Assembly (NCBI GenBank): GCA_037441705.1
Contig: JBBIRR010000008.1
Span: 1-64,000, forward strand
DNA from: Ignavibacteriales bacterium
GTDB taxonomy: Bacteria > Bacteroidota > Ignavibacteria > UBA10030 > UBA6906
Length of the DNA: 64,000 bases
Direction: 5' to 3'
Both the position numbers and the translations under genes were made by a program. Every line of letters begins with the position of its first letter. The stretch's first letter is position 1. Under the pieces are notes generated by a model. That model was not told the DNA's origin, searched no databases, and saw nothing but the letters and a program-made list of their open reading frames with translations. Positions 19,484-30,519 of the stretch are shown piece after piece.

Positions 19484-20266
19484 ATGAACCTGTGGCGCTT
19501 CATGGGTGTCGAGGAACGTTCCGGCGCAGCCAACATGCAGAAGGACGAGCAACTCGCTCGGGCGTTGCTGAAGGGAAGCGGCGCGCCGACCGTTCGGCTG
19601 TACCGGTGGCAGCCGTGGGCAATCTCGCTCGGCTTCAATCAGGACATGGGACAAATCGACGTCGCGCGGGCGCGGCTCGACGGCATTGATGTCGTTCGGC
19701 GGCCTACGGGAGGCCGCGCCGTGCTTCACGCAGAAGAGTTGACGTACAGCGTCGTGATGACGGTGGAAAACCGCACGGTGTTGGACGTGTACAACGCCAT
19801 CAGCCGGGCGCTTGTACGCGGATTGCATCTCTTCGGCGTCGAGGCTTCGTTCAGCAAGTCGCAGCCGGATCTTCGTGAACACTACAAGCATCCCTCCTCC
19901 ATTCCGTGCTTCACCGCGTCGGCACGCTACGAGATCGAATGGGAAGGGCGTAAGCTGGTCGGCAGCGCGCAACGGCGGTTTCGTTCTCCGCACGCGTCGC
20001 ACGACATCGTGCTGCAGCACGGCTCCATTCTTTTCGGGCCCGCGCACAAACGGCTTGTGGATTATCTTCTTCTTCCCGATCCTGCCACGCGCCGGGCGCT
20101 GATGCAGGAGTTGGACGAGAAGACTGTTGATCTCTCGTCGCTGAAACGAGGGCCGATCGATCTCGACGAACTTGCTGCGTGCATTCGGCGCGGATTTGAA
20201 GAAGAGTGGGGAATGGTGTTTGTCGGGAATGAACAACAGGAGACACGGGACGTGATCTATGGCTAA
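19484..20266 (+). CDS. lipoate-protein ligase / octanoyltransferase (LplA/LipM family)
   Basis: [26 protein letters not shown]. Confidence 0.88.
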   Translation: MNLWRFMGVEERSGAANMQKDEQLARALLKGSGAPTVRLYRWQPWAISLGFNQDMGQIDVARARLDGIDVVRRPTGGRAVLHAEELTYSVVMTVENRTVLDVYNAISRALVRGLHLFGVEASFSKSQPDLREHYKHPSSIPCFTASARYEIEWEGRKLVGSAQRRFRSPHASHDIVLQHGSILFGPAHKRLVDYLLLPDPATRRALMQELDEKTVDLSSLKRGPIDLDELAACIRRGFEEEWGMVFVGNEQQETRDVIYG

Positions 20267-21092
20267 GAAACCTGCGGAAGGACAGGAGCCGAAGCACCGC
20301 GTCGTGACGACGAAGACGCTGTTCGAGATGAAGCGGCGCGGCGAGAAGATTACGATGCTAACGGCCTACGACTACCTTGTCGCACGGCTGCTCGATGAGG
20401 TAGGCATTGATGTGATTCTGGTCGGCGACTCACTGTCGAATGTTGTGCAGGGGAACGTGACGACGCTGCCGGTGACGCTGGACGACATGATCTACCATGC
20501 GAAAGCCGTGAAGCGCGCCGTCCGTAACGCCCTCATCGTTGTGGACATGCCCTTCATGTCGTATCAGAACAACGAAGAAGAGGCCGTGCGCAACGCCGGT
20601 CGCATTATGAAGGAAGTAGGAGTCGGCGCGGTGAAGCTGGAAGGCGGCGCCTACATCGCCGATACCGTTCGCCATCTTGTGCAGATCGGCATCCCGGTGA
20701 TGGGCCATCTCGGCCTGACACCGCAGGCCATCAACAAGTTCGGCACGTATGAAGTGAGGGCGACCGAGAAAAAAGAAGCGCAGCAACTGCTGCGCGATGC
20801 AAAGATTCTTGCCGACGCCGGCGTGTTTGCAATCGTTCTCGAAAAAATCCCGGCGGCTCTTGCCCGGAAAGTTACCCAATCGGTTCCCGTCCCCACGATC
20901 GGCATCGGGGCGGGGCCGCATTGCGATGGTCAGGTGCTGGTCGTGTACGACATGTTGGGGCTGACCGAAGATTTCAGGCCGCGCTTCGTTCGCCGATACG
21001 CTGAGCTTGCCGAGACCCTGCGCACGGCGTTCCGCTCCTACATCAACGACATACGGTCCGGGACCTTTCCCTCCAAGGAGGAAAGCTATTAG
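20259..21092 (+). CDS. panB: 3-methyl-2-oxobutanoate hydroxymethyltransferase
   Basis: [32 protein letters not shown]. Confidence 0.97.
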   Translation: MAKKPAEGQEPKHRVVTTKTLFEMKRRGEKITMLTAYDYLVARLLDEVGIDVILVGDSLSNVVQGNVTTLPVTLDDMIYHAKAVKRAVRNALIVVDMPFMSYQNNEEEAVRNAGRIMKEVGVGAVKLEGGAYIADTVRHLVQIGIPVMGHLGLTPQAINKFGTYEVRATEKKEAQQLLRDAKILADAGVFAIVLEKIPAALARKVTQSVPVPTIGIGAGPHCDGQVLVVYDMLGLTEDFRPRFVRRYAELAETLRTAFRSYINDIRSGTFPSKEESY

Positions 21093-21139
21093 CGTTCCCC
21101 CTTTCCTCGGCGTTCTCTCTCACCATCTCTTCTCAGGAT

Positions 21140-21913
21140 ATGAAAAAACTTCGAGTGCTCATTTGCAACGATGACGGCATCAATGCCGAGGGGATCTTCG
21201 CTCTCGCACAAGAGATCAAGAAGATTGCAGAGGTTACCGTTGTAGCGCCCGACAAGCAACAAAGCGCCGTTGGTCATGCCATCACGGTCAACAACCCTCT
21301 GCGCGCCGTTCCGTTCCACAAGAACAACGACTTCTTCGGCTATGCCGTGGAAGGGACGCCCGCCGATTGCGTAAAGCTCGGTGTCCGCTTCCTCATGAAG
21401 GAGAAGCCCGATCTTGTCATGTCCGGAATCAATCACGGCTCGAACACGGCAATCAACATCATCTACTCCGGCACCGTTTCGGCAGCGACCGAAGGGATGA
21501 TTCTCGGCATCCCCTCCATTGCCATCTCGCTGACGGCGTACCAGAATCTCGATTTTACGTATGCCGCAAAGTTCTCGGCCCGACTTGCGCTGCTGGTCGC
21601 CGAAAAGGGATTGCCGGCGCGGACGTTACTCAACGTCAACATCCCGAATGTGCCCGAAGATCAGATCAAGGGTGTGATGATTACCAAGCAGGGCATCTCC
21701 GTCTGGGAAGATCGCTTCGATGTGCGGCGCGATCCGGCGAACCGCGAATACTTCTGGCTGACCGGGCAGATGGACGTTCTCGATACCGATCTCGACACGG
21801 ATCAGATCGCTATCAAGAACAACTACGTCTCCATCACGCCTGTGCGGTACGATCTGACGGACCGACAGATGTTGGAAACGATGAAGACGTGGGGCGTGGA
21901 GAAGTTGAGGTGA
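21140..21913 (+). CDS. surE: 5'/3'-nucleotidase SurE
   Basis: NDDGI, GTPADCV, SGINHG.N, YSGTVSAA. Confidence 0.96.
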   Translation: MKKLRVLICNDDGINAEGIFALAQEIKKIAEVTVVAPDKQQSAVGHAITVNNPLRAVPFHKNNDFFGYAVEGTPADCVKLGVRFLMKEKPDLVMSGINHGSNTAINIIYSGTVSAATEGMILGIPSIAISLTAYQNLDFTYAAKFSARLALLVAEKGLPARTLLNVNIPNVPEDQIKGVMITKQGISVWEDRFDVRRDPANREYFWLTGQMDVLDTDLDTDQIAIKNNYVSITPVRYDLTDRQMLETMKTWGVEKLR

Positions 21914-21971
21914 GCGTCGCGCGATAGCGAAGCACCGAGCCATCTGACGAAGATGCGTCGTCATTTTTCCG

Positions 21972-22000
21972 TTGATTCTCAATCCCCATTGCTGTAATAT
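21972..22000 (+). promoter_or_regulatory. sigma70 promoter of the NSS/AGCS transporter pair
   Basis: TTGATT-N17-TAATAT. Confidence 0.55.
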
Positions 22001-22048
22001 GTCACCCACGTTGGGCAAAAAAACCAGTCATCATTCCGGAGAAGCTTT

Positions 22049-23392
22049 ATGGAAACCAACTCCCGCGGCAGTTGGGGTTCGCGCGTAGGTTTCATTCTTG
22101 CTGCAACCGGTTCGGCCGTCGGCCTCGGTAACATCTGGCGGTATCCTTACATCACCGGTCAGAATGGAGGGGCGGCGTTTGTTCTGGTGTACATTGGCTG
22201 CGTGCTGTTGATCGGTCTTCCTGTCCTGATTGCCGAAATTTCTCTCGGGCGGAGGACAACCTTGAACCCTGTCGGTGCATTCAAGGCGATGAGCACATCC
22301 CGGTTCTGGCCCTGGGTAGGTTACCTTGGCGTGGTCACCGGTGTCGGCATTCTCTCGTTCTATCTTGTCGTGGCGGGATGGACTCTGGGATACATCGTCC
22401 GAACCGTGCTTCACAGTACCGGTACGTTTGGTGAGTTTGTGCAAGACCCCAGCGTCGAGATCGGGTACTTTACGGCGTTCCTTCTTCTGACCACACTCGT
22501 TGTGCTCGGCGGCGTCGAGAAAGGAATCGAGAAGTGGTCGAAGTTCCTCATGCCGCTGCTGTTTCTCATTCTCCTCGGCCTCATCGGGTACAACCTCACA
22601 CTCGAAGGTGCTGCGGCGGGTATCGAGTTCTACCTTAAACCCGACTTCGGCAAAATTCATGGGTCAACCATCCTCGCAGCCATGGGACAGGCGTTCTTCT
22701 CGTTGAGTCTCGGTATGGGTACGATGATCACCTACGGAAGCTATCTCTCCAAGAAGGAAAGCATCCCGTTCAGCGCTTCCGCCGTTGCGCTGACGGACAC
22801 GTTGATTGCGTTTCTTGCCGGACTGATGATCTTTCCCGCGCTGTTCTCTGTCGGTCTCGAACCGACGCAGGGCCCTGCACTCGTGTTCAATGTCTTGCCA
22901 AAAGTCTTCGAGACCATGCCCGGTGGAACCGTCATCGGGCTTCTTTTCTTCGTTCTTCTTGCTATTGCGGCGTTGACTTCAACCGTTTCTCTCCTGGAAG
23001 TGCCCGTTGCTTTCTTTGTTGATGAAAAAAAGTGGAGCCGCAAGAAAGCAGTCTGGACCCTCACGGCCATCGTGTTCGTCGCCGGATTACCGTCTGCACT
23101 CTCGCAAGGCACGATGCAACTCTTCAGCAGCATCTCGGTGCTGGGGCAAACGGACTGGCTGAGTCTGATGAACTTTCTTTTCAGCGACATCTCGCTTCCT
23201 GTGGGAGGTCTTTTCTTGAGTCTGTTTGTGGGATGGGTCTGGGGAGCCGACAGAGCCTCCGACGAAGCGCTTGAGGGGGCCACGCCGCGTGCCCGCATGT
23301 TGATGTTTGCCTGGCGACCACTGATTCGTTTCATCTCCCCTGTGATCATTCTTCTTGTCCTCTTGAACAAGATGTTCGGTCTGTTCGGTTAG
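22049..23392 (+). CDS. NSS-family sodium-dependent transporter
   Basis: GSAVGLGNIWRYP, NGGAAF, QAFFSLSLG. Confidence 0.93.
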   Translation: METNSRGSWGSRVGFILAATGSAVGLGNIWRYPYITGQNGGAAFVLVYIGCVLLIGLPVLIAEISLGRRTTLNPVGAFKAMSTSRFWPWVGYLGVVTGVGILSFYLVVAGWTLGYIVRTVLHSTGTFGEFVQDPSVEIGYFTAFLLLTTLVVLGGVEKGIEKWSKFLMPLLFLILLGLIGYNLTLEGAAAGIEFYLKPDFGKIHGSTILAAMGQAFFSLSLGMGTMITYGSYLSKKESIPFSASAVALTDTLIAFLAGLMIFPALFSVGLEPTQGPALVFNVLPKVFETMPGGTVIGLLFFVLLAIAALTSTVSLLEVPVAFFVDEKKWSRKKAVWTLTAIVFVAGLPSALSQGTMQLFSSISVLGQTDWLSLMNFLFSDISLPVGGLFLSLFVGWVWGADRASDEALEGATPRARMLMFAWRPLIRFISPVIILLVLLNKMFGLFG

Positions 23393-23441
23393 AACCGACC
23401 ACTTGGTTCGACAACGTCATTCACCCACATGGAGACCGTGC

Positions 23442-24890
23442 ATGAACGAATTCCTCGATAGCCTCCTGAGCGTCACCGCAGTCATTGCCGACCATATCTG
23501 GTGGCCGGAAATCCCCGGCATGGATTTCTTTCCAGGAGTGGTTGTGCTTCTCGCCATCACCGGCATTTACATGACGATCCAGACGCGGTTCATTCAGGTC
23601 CGACGGCTCGGCCTGGCGATCCGTTTCATGATTCTTGGGAGAAGCAAGAAGGAAATGGAGGGGCGGACCGGCGACATTACACCATTTCAGGCGCTGATGA
23701 CCGCTCTGGCGGCTACCGTGGGCAACGGAAACATCGCCGGCGTGGCGACCGCAATCGCCAGCGGAGGGCCGGGCGCGCCGTTCTGGATGTGGATGACGGC
23801 CGTCTTCGGCATGGCAACGAAGTATGCCGAAGGATTGCTCGGTCTCAAGTATCGCATCCAAACCGCCGACGGAACCTTCAGCGGCGGGGCGATGTACTAC
23901 TTGCGTGACGGCCTGCAGAACAAGTCGCTGGGCAAAGCTCTTGCGCTCTGGTTTGCCGTTGCGGTTATCCTCATGGCCACGATGGGAAGCGGCAACATGG
24001 CGCAATCGAATTCCATTGCCCTCGCGCTGAACAGCGATTTCGGCGTCCCGTTCTTTGTAACGGGCATCGGCCTGGCACTTCTTGTCGGTCTCGTCATCAT
24101 CGGTGGAGTGAAACGCATTGCAGCAGTTACCGAGCGCTTGGTGCCGGGCATGATCGTGCTCTACATGGGTGCCGGCATCTATGTCATCCTTACCAATCTC
24201 CTGATCGTTCCCGATATCCTGATGGTGGTGTTGCAATCCGCTCTGACCAATGAAGCGATCGTCGGCGGCTTCCTCGGGCATACCGTCAAAGAGGCAATCC
24301 GATTCGGCGTGGCGCGAGGAACGCTCTCGAACGAATCCGGCATCGGTTCCTGCTCCATTCCTGCGGCCGCAGCCAAGGGCAACGAGGCTGCTGCCCAGGG
24401 CATGGTTGCCATGATGGGAACGTTCATTGATACGATCATCGTCTGCAGCATGACGACGTTCGTTATCCTTGCCTCGAATTTGCATCCGCACACGACGGGA
24501 CTCACGAGTACACAACTCACGAAGTCTGCCTTTGCTGTCGGCTTGGGAACTGACTTTGGAGGGTGGATCGTCAGCCTGAGCAGCTTCCTGTTCGGCTACA
24601 CAACACTCATCGGTTGGTCGTACTACGGCGAGCAGGGGGCGAAATATCTGTGGGGTGTGAAGAGCGTGATGCCCTATCGCTATCTCTTCTGTGTGTTTGT
24701 CTTTCTCGGGGCGATCCTCCAAGGGAGGCATCTACAGATTGTGTGGAACTTCGGAGACATCGGGAACGCACTGATGGCTATTCCCAATCTCATCGGATTG
24801 ATCTTGCTCGGCAAGGTTGTGAGGGATGTAACAGATGATTATCTGAACCGATGGGACAATCAGCAGATCACAAGACCCTTCGGAGATTGA
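23442..24890 (+). CDS. alanine/glycine:cation symporter (AGCS family)
   Basis: ALAATVGNGNIAGVA, GGPGA.FWMW, SNESGIGS, DTIIVC. Confidence 0.93.
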   Translation: MNEFLDSLLSVTAVIADHIWWPEIPGMDFFPGVVVLLAITGIYMTIQTRFIQVRRLGLAIRFMILGRSKKEMEGRTGDITPFQALMTALAATVGNGNIAGVATAIASGGPGAPFWMWMTAVFGMATKYAEGLLGLKYRIQTADGTFSGGAMYYLRDGLQNKSLGKALALWFAVAVILMATMGSGNMAQSNSIALALNSDFGVPFFVTGIGLALLVGLVIIGGVKRIAAVTERLVPGMIVLYMGAGIYVILTNLLIVPDILMVVLQSALTNEAIVGGFLGHTVKEAIRFGVARGTLSNESGIGSCSIPAAAAKGNEAAAQGMVAMMGTFIDTIIVCSMTTFVILASNLHPHTTGLTSTQLTKSAFAVGLGTDFGGWIVSLSSFLFGYTTLIGWSYYGEQGAKYLWGVKSVMPYRYLFCVFVFLGAILQGRHLQIVWNFGDIGNALMAIPNLIGLILLGKVVRDVTDDYLNRWDNQQITRPFGD

Positions 24891-24926
24891 AGGCCTCAGC
24901 GGACGAATCCTCCATCAGGAGTCTTC

Positions 24927-25034
24927 TCACGGACTCCGATCTTTGTGCTTGAGAATCCTGGCGAAGCAGAATACCGTCAGCGCGGTGACGCCCAGCCACG
25001 TTGCGAGCATAAGAATGACTGCGCCTGCACTCAT
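24927..25034 (-). CDS. 35-aa single-TM protein, MetS-like small subunit of the NSS transporter
   Basis: MSAGAVILMLATWLGVTALTVFCFARILKHKDRSP; ATGA overlap with the stop of the upstream NSS gene, preceded by GGAGG. Confidence 0.7.
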   Translation of the reverse strand: MSAGAVILMLATWLGVTALTVFCFARILKHKDRSP

Positions 25035-26893
25035 GCGAACTCCTCCGGATCGTTCTTGCGTTTTCTCCAGACCACGGCAATCATCGCTGTAAACGCGGCG
25101 AAGAACCCGATGATGATGATGCGTGCCAGCCAGATGTACGACGAGCGATCGAGAGCCTCGATGGCGATCGTGATTGCCACATCTTTCTTTTCGACGTTTC
25201 CCTGCGGGTTCTTCTCTTCGTAGCGAAGCCCCATCAGCTCGAGCCATCGTTGTAGCTTTTCGGCAGTCAATGCGCGTTCGAGGGATGGATCGGCCGCATA
25301 GTTGGTTACGGTTATCGTTCCGTCATGTCCCAACCGCACCCCGGCCCATGCCTTGAGGTCGCGGCCGCTTGCCTGGACGGCGCGTCGGATTTCCTCTTCG
25401 ATTGCTTGAACTGAAGAACTCCCCCCTGTGACGAACTTTCCCGGATAGAGGTGGCGGTCAACAACATTCCAGTTGATTTTTGGAGTGGGGGAAAGGTTCG
25501 CCTGAAGCGCCCAGGCAAGGAATATGCTGATCAGTCCAAGTGGCGTGATGTACTTCAGGATGAACATGAACAACCGCGGAACGCGGATGAGGGCTCCGTC
25601 GTGAAGTTCTTCCCACCCTTTCGACGTTCCCAGTACCCACGAAAAGAGAACAACCTCGACAATTGCCAGTGCAACCAGCCCGATCGTTCCTGCCCAGAAA
25701 TCAAACTCGTCCAGCACGCCATACTTGTAAAAGAAAATCACCGGCAGCGATCCCAGTATCCACAACAAACCGAGGATGGTTGCCGAAACACCGCGGCTCA
25801 ACTTCGCTTCATCCTGAAGGAACGCCATCACCGGCTGAGCGATGGCGACCGAGCTGGTGAACGCGGCGAAGAACAGAAGCAGAAACCAGATTGTTCCGAA
25901 GAACGGCAGGCCCGGCGTCGAGCGAAGAATCTCCGGCATCGAAACCATCCCGATCGAAAATGTCCCGCTGCCGGCGATGGCTTCGATCTGACCGGGACCG
26001 AAGAAAATTGCGGCAGCCGGGATGGCAATCATGCTACCAAAAATAATCTCGACAAACTCGTTTGTGGATGCGGTGGTGAGGGAGGTGAGTGCAATGTCCT
26101 GCTTCGAGCGAACGTAGCTTGCGAAGCACTCCAACGCGCCGAAGCCAACACCCAGCGTGAAGAAAATCTGTCCCGCCGCTGCAATCCAGACTTGAGGATT
26201 GGTGAGGGCGCTGAAGTTCGGGGTCCAGAGGTACGCCAGACCGTCGAGCGCCGTTCCTTCGATCTTGCCAAGCGTGAGCACACGAACGGCGAGCGCCACG
26301 CAGAAAATCAACAGCAGCGGGATGGCAATCTTGGCGAGTCGCTCGATTCCCTTCATGATGCCCTGCGAGAGTATCCACACGTTCAGCAGCACGACGATGA
26401 GAAGGAAGCCCAGCGCAGGCATGACTCCGGAGAAGTAGGAGCTTGAGGTCGCATCGCCGAGATACTCGCGCAGGAACACCGACAGATCCACCGTATACCC
26501 CGGAGCGTTTGTGTATCCTGCGGTGAGCGAGAAATAGGCGTAGGCAAGACACCACGATTCGATGTATGTGTAGTAGAGACAAAACACCACCGGAATGGCA
26601 AGGCCTAACACGCCCAGATATTTCGAGGCAGGCTTTTTCCAGATAACGTCGAACATGCCGGGCAGGCTGCTGTGTCCGAACCTGCCGCCGTATCGGCCGA
26701 CGGCCCACGCCACCCACATCAACGGAAGTCCGAACAGCAGAAGCGAGACAAGATAGGGAATGATGAACGCACCGCCGCCGTTTTGTGCGGCCTGTGCAGG
26801 GAATCGAAGAAGATTGCCGATGCCGATAGCGTTGCCGGCCGCAGCGAGAATCAGCCCGATCCGTGAACCCCATGCTTCGCGAGTTGTTGCCAT
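25031..26893 (-). CDS. NSS-family (LeuT-like) sodium-dependent transporter with an extra soluble segment
   Basis: GNAIGIGNLLRFP, NGGGAF.IPY, AGQIFFTLG, FFAAFTSS. Confidence 0.92.
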   Translation of the reverse strand: MATTREAWGSRIGLILAAAGNAIGIGNLLRFPAQAAQNGGGAFIIPYLVSLLLFGLPLMWVAWAVGRYGGRFGHSSLPGMFDVIWKKPASKYLGVLGLAIPVVFCLYYTYIESWCLAYAYFSLTAGYTNAPGYTVDLSVFLREYLGDATSSSYFSGVMPALGFLLIVVLLNVWILSQGIMKGIERLAKIAIPLLLIFCVALAVRVLTLGKIEGTALDGLAYLWTPNFSALTNPQVWIAAAGQIFFTLGVGFGALECFASYVRSKQDIALTSLTTASTNEFVEIIFGSMIAIPAAAIFFGPGQIEAIAGSGTFSIGMVSMPEILRSTPGLPFFGTIWFLLLFFAAFTSSVAIAQPVMAFLQDEAKLSRGVSATILGLLWILGSLPVIFFYKYGVLDEFDFWAGTIGLVALAIVEVVLFSWVLGTSKGWEELHDGALIRVPRLFMFILKYITPLGLISIFLAWALQANLSPTPKINWNVVDRHLYPGKFVTGGSSSVQAIEEEIRRAVQASGRDLKAWAGVRLGHDGTITVTNYAADPSLERALTAEKLQRWLELMGLRYEEKNPQGNVEKKDVAITIAIEALDRSSYIWLARIIIIGFFAAFTAMIAVVWRKRKNDPEEFA

Positions 26894-26977
26894 AGAAAAG
26901 CGTCTGCTTGTCGGTTAATGCGGTTTGGTTTGGATGAAGCGGCGAGCGGCGGGTTGGTTGCTCGCCGCACGAGTGTG

Positions 26978-27006
26978 AACATAGCGAATTGAAACAGAAG
27001 ATTCAA
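26978..27006 (-). promoter_or_regulatory. sigma70 promoter of the LeuT-like gene, followed by a 9-bp 5' hairpin (26939-26968)
   Basis: TTGAAT-N17-TATGTT; stem GCGGCGAGC/GCTCGCCGC. Confidence 0.55.
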
Positions 27007-27045
27007 GAATTCCAGAACCAGCATCCTCAATCCAGCCTCCCTGAA

Positions 27046-27074
27046 TTGCATCTCACACAGTTGTTGGATAGATT
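27046..27074 (+). promoter_or_regulatory. sigma70 promoter of pfkA
   Basis: TTGCAT-N17-TAGATT. Confidence 0.55.
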
Positions 27075-27107
27075 TTACGCCGACATTATCAAACAAATTG
27101 GTTGGAT

Positions 27108-28073
27108 ATGAAGAAGATTGGCGTTTTCACCAGCGGAGGCGATGCGCCGGGGATGAATGCCTGCGTGCGCGCCGTCGTCCGCTGCGGGATTTACAACGGC
27201 CTGGAGGTTGTCGGGATTCAATACGGCTATGAGGGGATGATCAAAGGAATGTTTGTTGACCTTCAGGCGCGCTCGGTGTCCAACATCATCCAGCGCGGCG
27301 GAACGATCTTGCGCACGGCGCGGTCGGAGCAGTTCAAGACGAAGGAGGGACGCGCACAAGCAGCGGCGAACCTGAAATCCGCCGGTATTGATGGCCTCGT
27401 GGCTATCGGCGGTGATGGAACATTCCAGGGCGCAACGTACCTCATCGAAGAACATCACATTCCCGTCATCGGTGTGCCGGGCACGATTGATAACGATCTG
27501 TTTGGCACGGACTACACGATCGGCTACGATACGGCTGTCAATACGGCGATGGAAGCGATAGACAAAATTCGTGACACTGCCGCCTCGCACGACCGGTTGT
27601 TCTACGTCGAGGTGATGGGGCGCGACGCGGGCTTCATCGCACTCGATGTCGGCATTTCTTCAGGTTCCGAGCACATTGCCATTCCTGAAACACACACCAA
27701 CATCCAGGACCTGAAAGAAGCGCTCATGGCTTCGAAGGCACACAAGTCCAGCGCCATCATCATTGTCGCCGAAGGCGAGGAGTCGGGAGGCGCGCTGAGC
27801 CTTGCCGAGAAGATCAAAGATGCGGCAGGCTATGACTACCGCATCTGCGTGTTGGGGCACATTCAGCGGGGCGGAAGTCCCACTGCGCGTGACCGCCTGC
27901 TTGCGAGCCGTCTCGGCGTTGCCGCGGTGGATGCGTTGCTCGAAGGACAATCCGGCGTCATGGTCGGCGAGATTCACGGAAAGATTGCATTCACCCCGCT
28001 CAAAGATGCCTGGACAAAACGCAAGACAATCGATAACGATCTGTGGCGTCTGGCGAATATTCTGGCAACGTGA
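27108..28073 (+). CDS. pfkA: ATP-dependent 6-phosphofructokinase
   Basis: TSGGDAPGMN, IGGDG, PGTIDND, EVMGR, LGHIQRGG. Confidence 0.97.
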   Translation: MKKIGVFTSGGDAPGMNACVRAVVRCGIYNGLEVVGIQYGYEGMIKGMFVDLQARSVSNIIQRGGTILRTARSEQFKTKEGRAQAAANLKSAGIDGLVAIGGDGTFQGATYLIEEHHIPVIGVPGTIDNDLFGTDYTIGYDTAVNTAMEAIDKIRDTAASHDRLFYVEVMGRDAGFIALDVGISSGSEHIAIPETHTNIQDLKEALMASKAHKSSAIIIVAEGEESGGALSLAEKIKDAAGYDYRICVLGHIQRGGSPTARDRLLASRLGVAAVDALLEGQSGVMVGEIHGKIAFTPLKDAWTKRKTIDNDLWRLANILAT

Positions 28074-28222
28074 GTATGATGTGTGAGCAGCGCGGCCGGG
28101 CGCGGTTGCTTCGCCTCTGCGAAGGCTTTTGGATACGATTTTGGATGTTCTCCTCGTTACTCCTTTTCCAAGGAAAAATAGCAACCCGAGCGTTGCGGTC
28201 TTTGATCGTGCTGCAAACATCT

Positions 28223-28302
28223 GTCATTCTGAGCGAAGCGAAGAATCCAGATCTTGGCTCGGCTCTGGATTCTCGGTCGTTAGCAGGCGGCCTCAGAATG
28301 AC
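28223..28302. repeat. REP-like palindromic element
   Basis: GTCATTCTGAG(28223-33)..CTCAGAATGAC(28292-302) outer arms; GAATCCAGA..TCTGGATTC inner arms; GAGCGAAGCG motif. Confidence 0.75.
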
Positions 28303-28500
28303 GGACCGCCTGAGGGTTTGGGTTCTGCTGCGACGATTGAGCTGCGTGCGTTAGGCGCCCGGAGGGTGGTGCCGTTGTTTGGCGCCAGTGCCGCCACGAT
28401 GTGTGTGGCGGCACGGGAGCGAAGCGTACCCCGTAGGGCGCCGACGGCGCTGCGAAGCGCTTAGCGCCGGAACGCCCATAATTTTTGTGATTGGGAAGCT

Positions 28501-28529
28501 TTGCCTGATAGGCTGAGATGTTGTATATT
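28501..28529 (+). promoter_or_regulatory. sigma70 promoter of carB
   Basis: TTGCCT-N17-TATATT. Confidence 0.55.
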
Positions 28530-28559
28530 GAAACCCAATGAAACTTCGGGGAACTGTTC

Positions 28560-30038
28560 TTGCCGAAACGTACCGACCTTAGTTCAATCCTTGTCATAGG
28601 CGCCGGGCCGATTGTTATCGGGCAGGCGTGCGAGTTTGATTATTCGGGAACGCAGGCTTGCAAGGTGCTGCGCGAAGAGGGCTATCGCGTCATCCTCATC
28701 AACAGCAATCCGGCCACGATCATGACCGACCCGGAGCTTGCCGACCGAACGTACATCGAACCCATCACCCCATATTTTGTCGAGCGCATCATCGAGCGCG
28801 AGCGCCCGGATGCCCTGCTGCCGACGATGGGCGGGCAAACGGCGCTCAATACCGCCGTTGCCCTTGCCCGCAATGGAACCCTTGCGCGGTACAACGTCGA
28901 ACTGATCGGCGCGAAGCTCGAGGCGATTGAGAAGGCGGAAGACCGCGAGCTGTTCAAGAAAACGATGGGTGAAGCGGGGCTTGAAACTCCCCGCGGCGGT
29001 TTCGTCCGGACCATTGAAGAGGCATTGAAGCTTGCAGGCTTCATCGGGTTTCCCATCATTATTCGCCCTTCCTTCACGCTCGGTGGCACCGGCGGAGGCA
29101 TCGCCGAAAACGCCGATGAGTTCGTCGAGAAGGTAACGCACGGACTTGAATCAAGTCCCATTCACGAGGTGCTGTTGGAAGAGTCCGTGTTAGGATGGAA
29201 GGAATATGAGCTTGAGGTGATGCGCGACTTGCGTGACAATGTCGTCATCATCTGCTCCATCGAAAACTTCGATCCGATGGGTGTACACACGGGTGACTCG
29301 ATCACGGTCGCGCCGCAGCAGACGCTCACCGACAAGGAATACGAAGCGATGCGCGACGACGCGCTGAAAATCATCCGCGCGATCGGCGTGGAGACGGGCG
29401 GCTCGAACATTCAATTCGCCGTCAATCCGAACAACGGGCGCCGCCTGGTGATTGAAATGAATCCACGCGTCTCCCGTTCGTCGGCACTTGCATCGAAAGC
29501 CACCGGCTTCCCGATTGCCAAGATCGCAGCGAAACTTGCTATCGGCTACACGCTGGATGAAATCCCCAACGACATCACGAAACTGACGCCGGCGTCGTTC
29601 GAGCCAACGATCGACTACACCGTCGTGAAGATTCCGCGCTGGGACTTCGAGAAGTTCAAGGGCGTTGATGGCATGCTCGGCATTCAGATGAAGTCCGTGG
29701 GTGAAGCGATGGCGTTCGGCAGGACGTTCAAGGAGGCGCTGCAGAAAGCGCTGCGCTCACTGGAACAGGGACGCTACGGTCTCGGTGCCGACGGCAAGGA
29801 CCTCTTCGACATTGACCATCTTTCCGACGAGCAGAAACAGCGGTGGCGCGAACGTGTTCGCCAACAGCTCTCGCGGCCGCGGCCCGAAAACATCTTTTAC
29901 CTTCGCTACGGTTTCCAGCTCGGGATGACCATTGACGAGTTGCACGCTATCACCAAGATTGATCCGTGGTTTCTTTACAACATCAAACAAATCGTTGATC
30001 TGGAAGAAGAGTTGAAGACGTATGACATCGAGGCGTGA
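28560..30038 (+). CDS. carB: carbamoyl-phosphate synthase large chain, N-terminal half
   Basis: [52 protein letters not shown]; stops after IDPWFL..LEEEL. Confidence 0.93.
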   Translation: MPKRTDLSSILVIGAGPIVIGQACEFDYSGTQACKVLREEGYRVILINSNPATIMTDPELADRTYIEPITPYFVERIIERERPDALLPTMGGQTALNTAVALARNGTLARYNVELIGAKLEAIEKAEDRELFKKTMGEAGLETPRGGFVRTIEEALKLAGFIGFPIIIRPSFTLGGTGGGIAENADEFVEKVTHGLESSPIHEVLLEESVLGWKEYELEVMRDLRDNVVIICSIENFDPMGVHTGDSITVAPQQTLTDKEYEAMRDDALKIIRAIGVETGGSNIQFAVNPNNGRRLVIEMNPRVSRSSALASKATGFPIAKIAAKLAIGYTLDEIPNDITKLTPASFEPTIDYTVVKIPRWDFEKFKGVDGMLGIQMKSVGEAMAFGRTFKEALQKALRSLEQGRYGLGADGKDLFDIDHLSDEQKQRWRERVRQQLSRPRPENIFYLRYGFQLGMTIDELHAITKIDPWFLYNIKQIVDLEEELKTYDIEA

Positions 30039-30519
30039 AGGAAGGATCCGAGCGGGAGTTCTCTCGATCGCTGTATTTGTAACTTCGCTGCAGGGGCAGA
30101 CTATACCCGCGGATAAGGCGGAGCTTGAGTCGGGAGCCGGAGCGGGAATGGCAAAGTACGCCGAACTGAACAGCTACCCCGGTCCCAAGCATGTCCTTGA
30201 ATTGCAGGATTCGCTTCGCCTCACAGCGGAACAGAAACGAGCGATCGAACTCATCTTTGATCACATGAAGGCTGAAGCGGTGGCGAAGGGGAGGCTTATT
30301 GTGCGGAAAGAGGAAGAGCTGGAGGCGTTGTTCCGGAGCCGCCGCGCCACGGAAAAGGAAGTGGAAAGGAAGTCCCGCGAAATCGGCGCCCTGCGCGGAG
30401 AGCTGCGGGCAATTCACCTTCGTGCACACATCAAGGCGCACGCGATACTTTCCGCCGAGCAAATCAAGCGATACAACACGATTCGCTATGGGTTGAATCA
30501 ACCGGGGCACACGCATTGA
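30022..30519 (+). CDS. Spy/CpxP-like periplasmic protein (LTxxQ motifs)
   Basis: Signal-like N-terminus, [19 protein letters not shown] and LSAEQ, His tail. Confidence 0.75.
   Translation: MTSRREGRIRAGVLSIAVFVTSLQGQTIPADKAELESGAGAGMAKYAELNSYPGPKHVLELQDSLRLTAEQKRAIELIFDHMKAEAVAKGRLIVRKEEELEALFRSRRATEKEVERKSREIGALRGELRAIHLRAHIKAHAILSAEQIKRYNTIRYGLNQPGHTH

Noticed and set aside
28336-28360. attC-like end (TGAGCTG..GTTAGGC)
   Set aside because: No matching inverse core site at a suitable distance, no cassette array and no integrase.
30022-30519. IS or intron disrupting carB
   Set aside because: No transposase, maturase or nuclease motifs, and no inverted or direct repeats; the product looks periplasmic.
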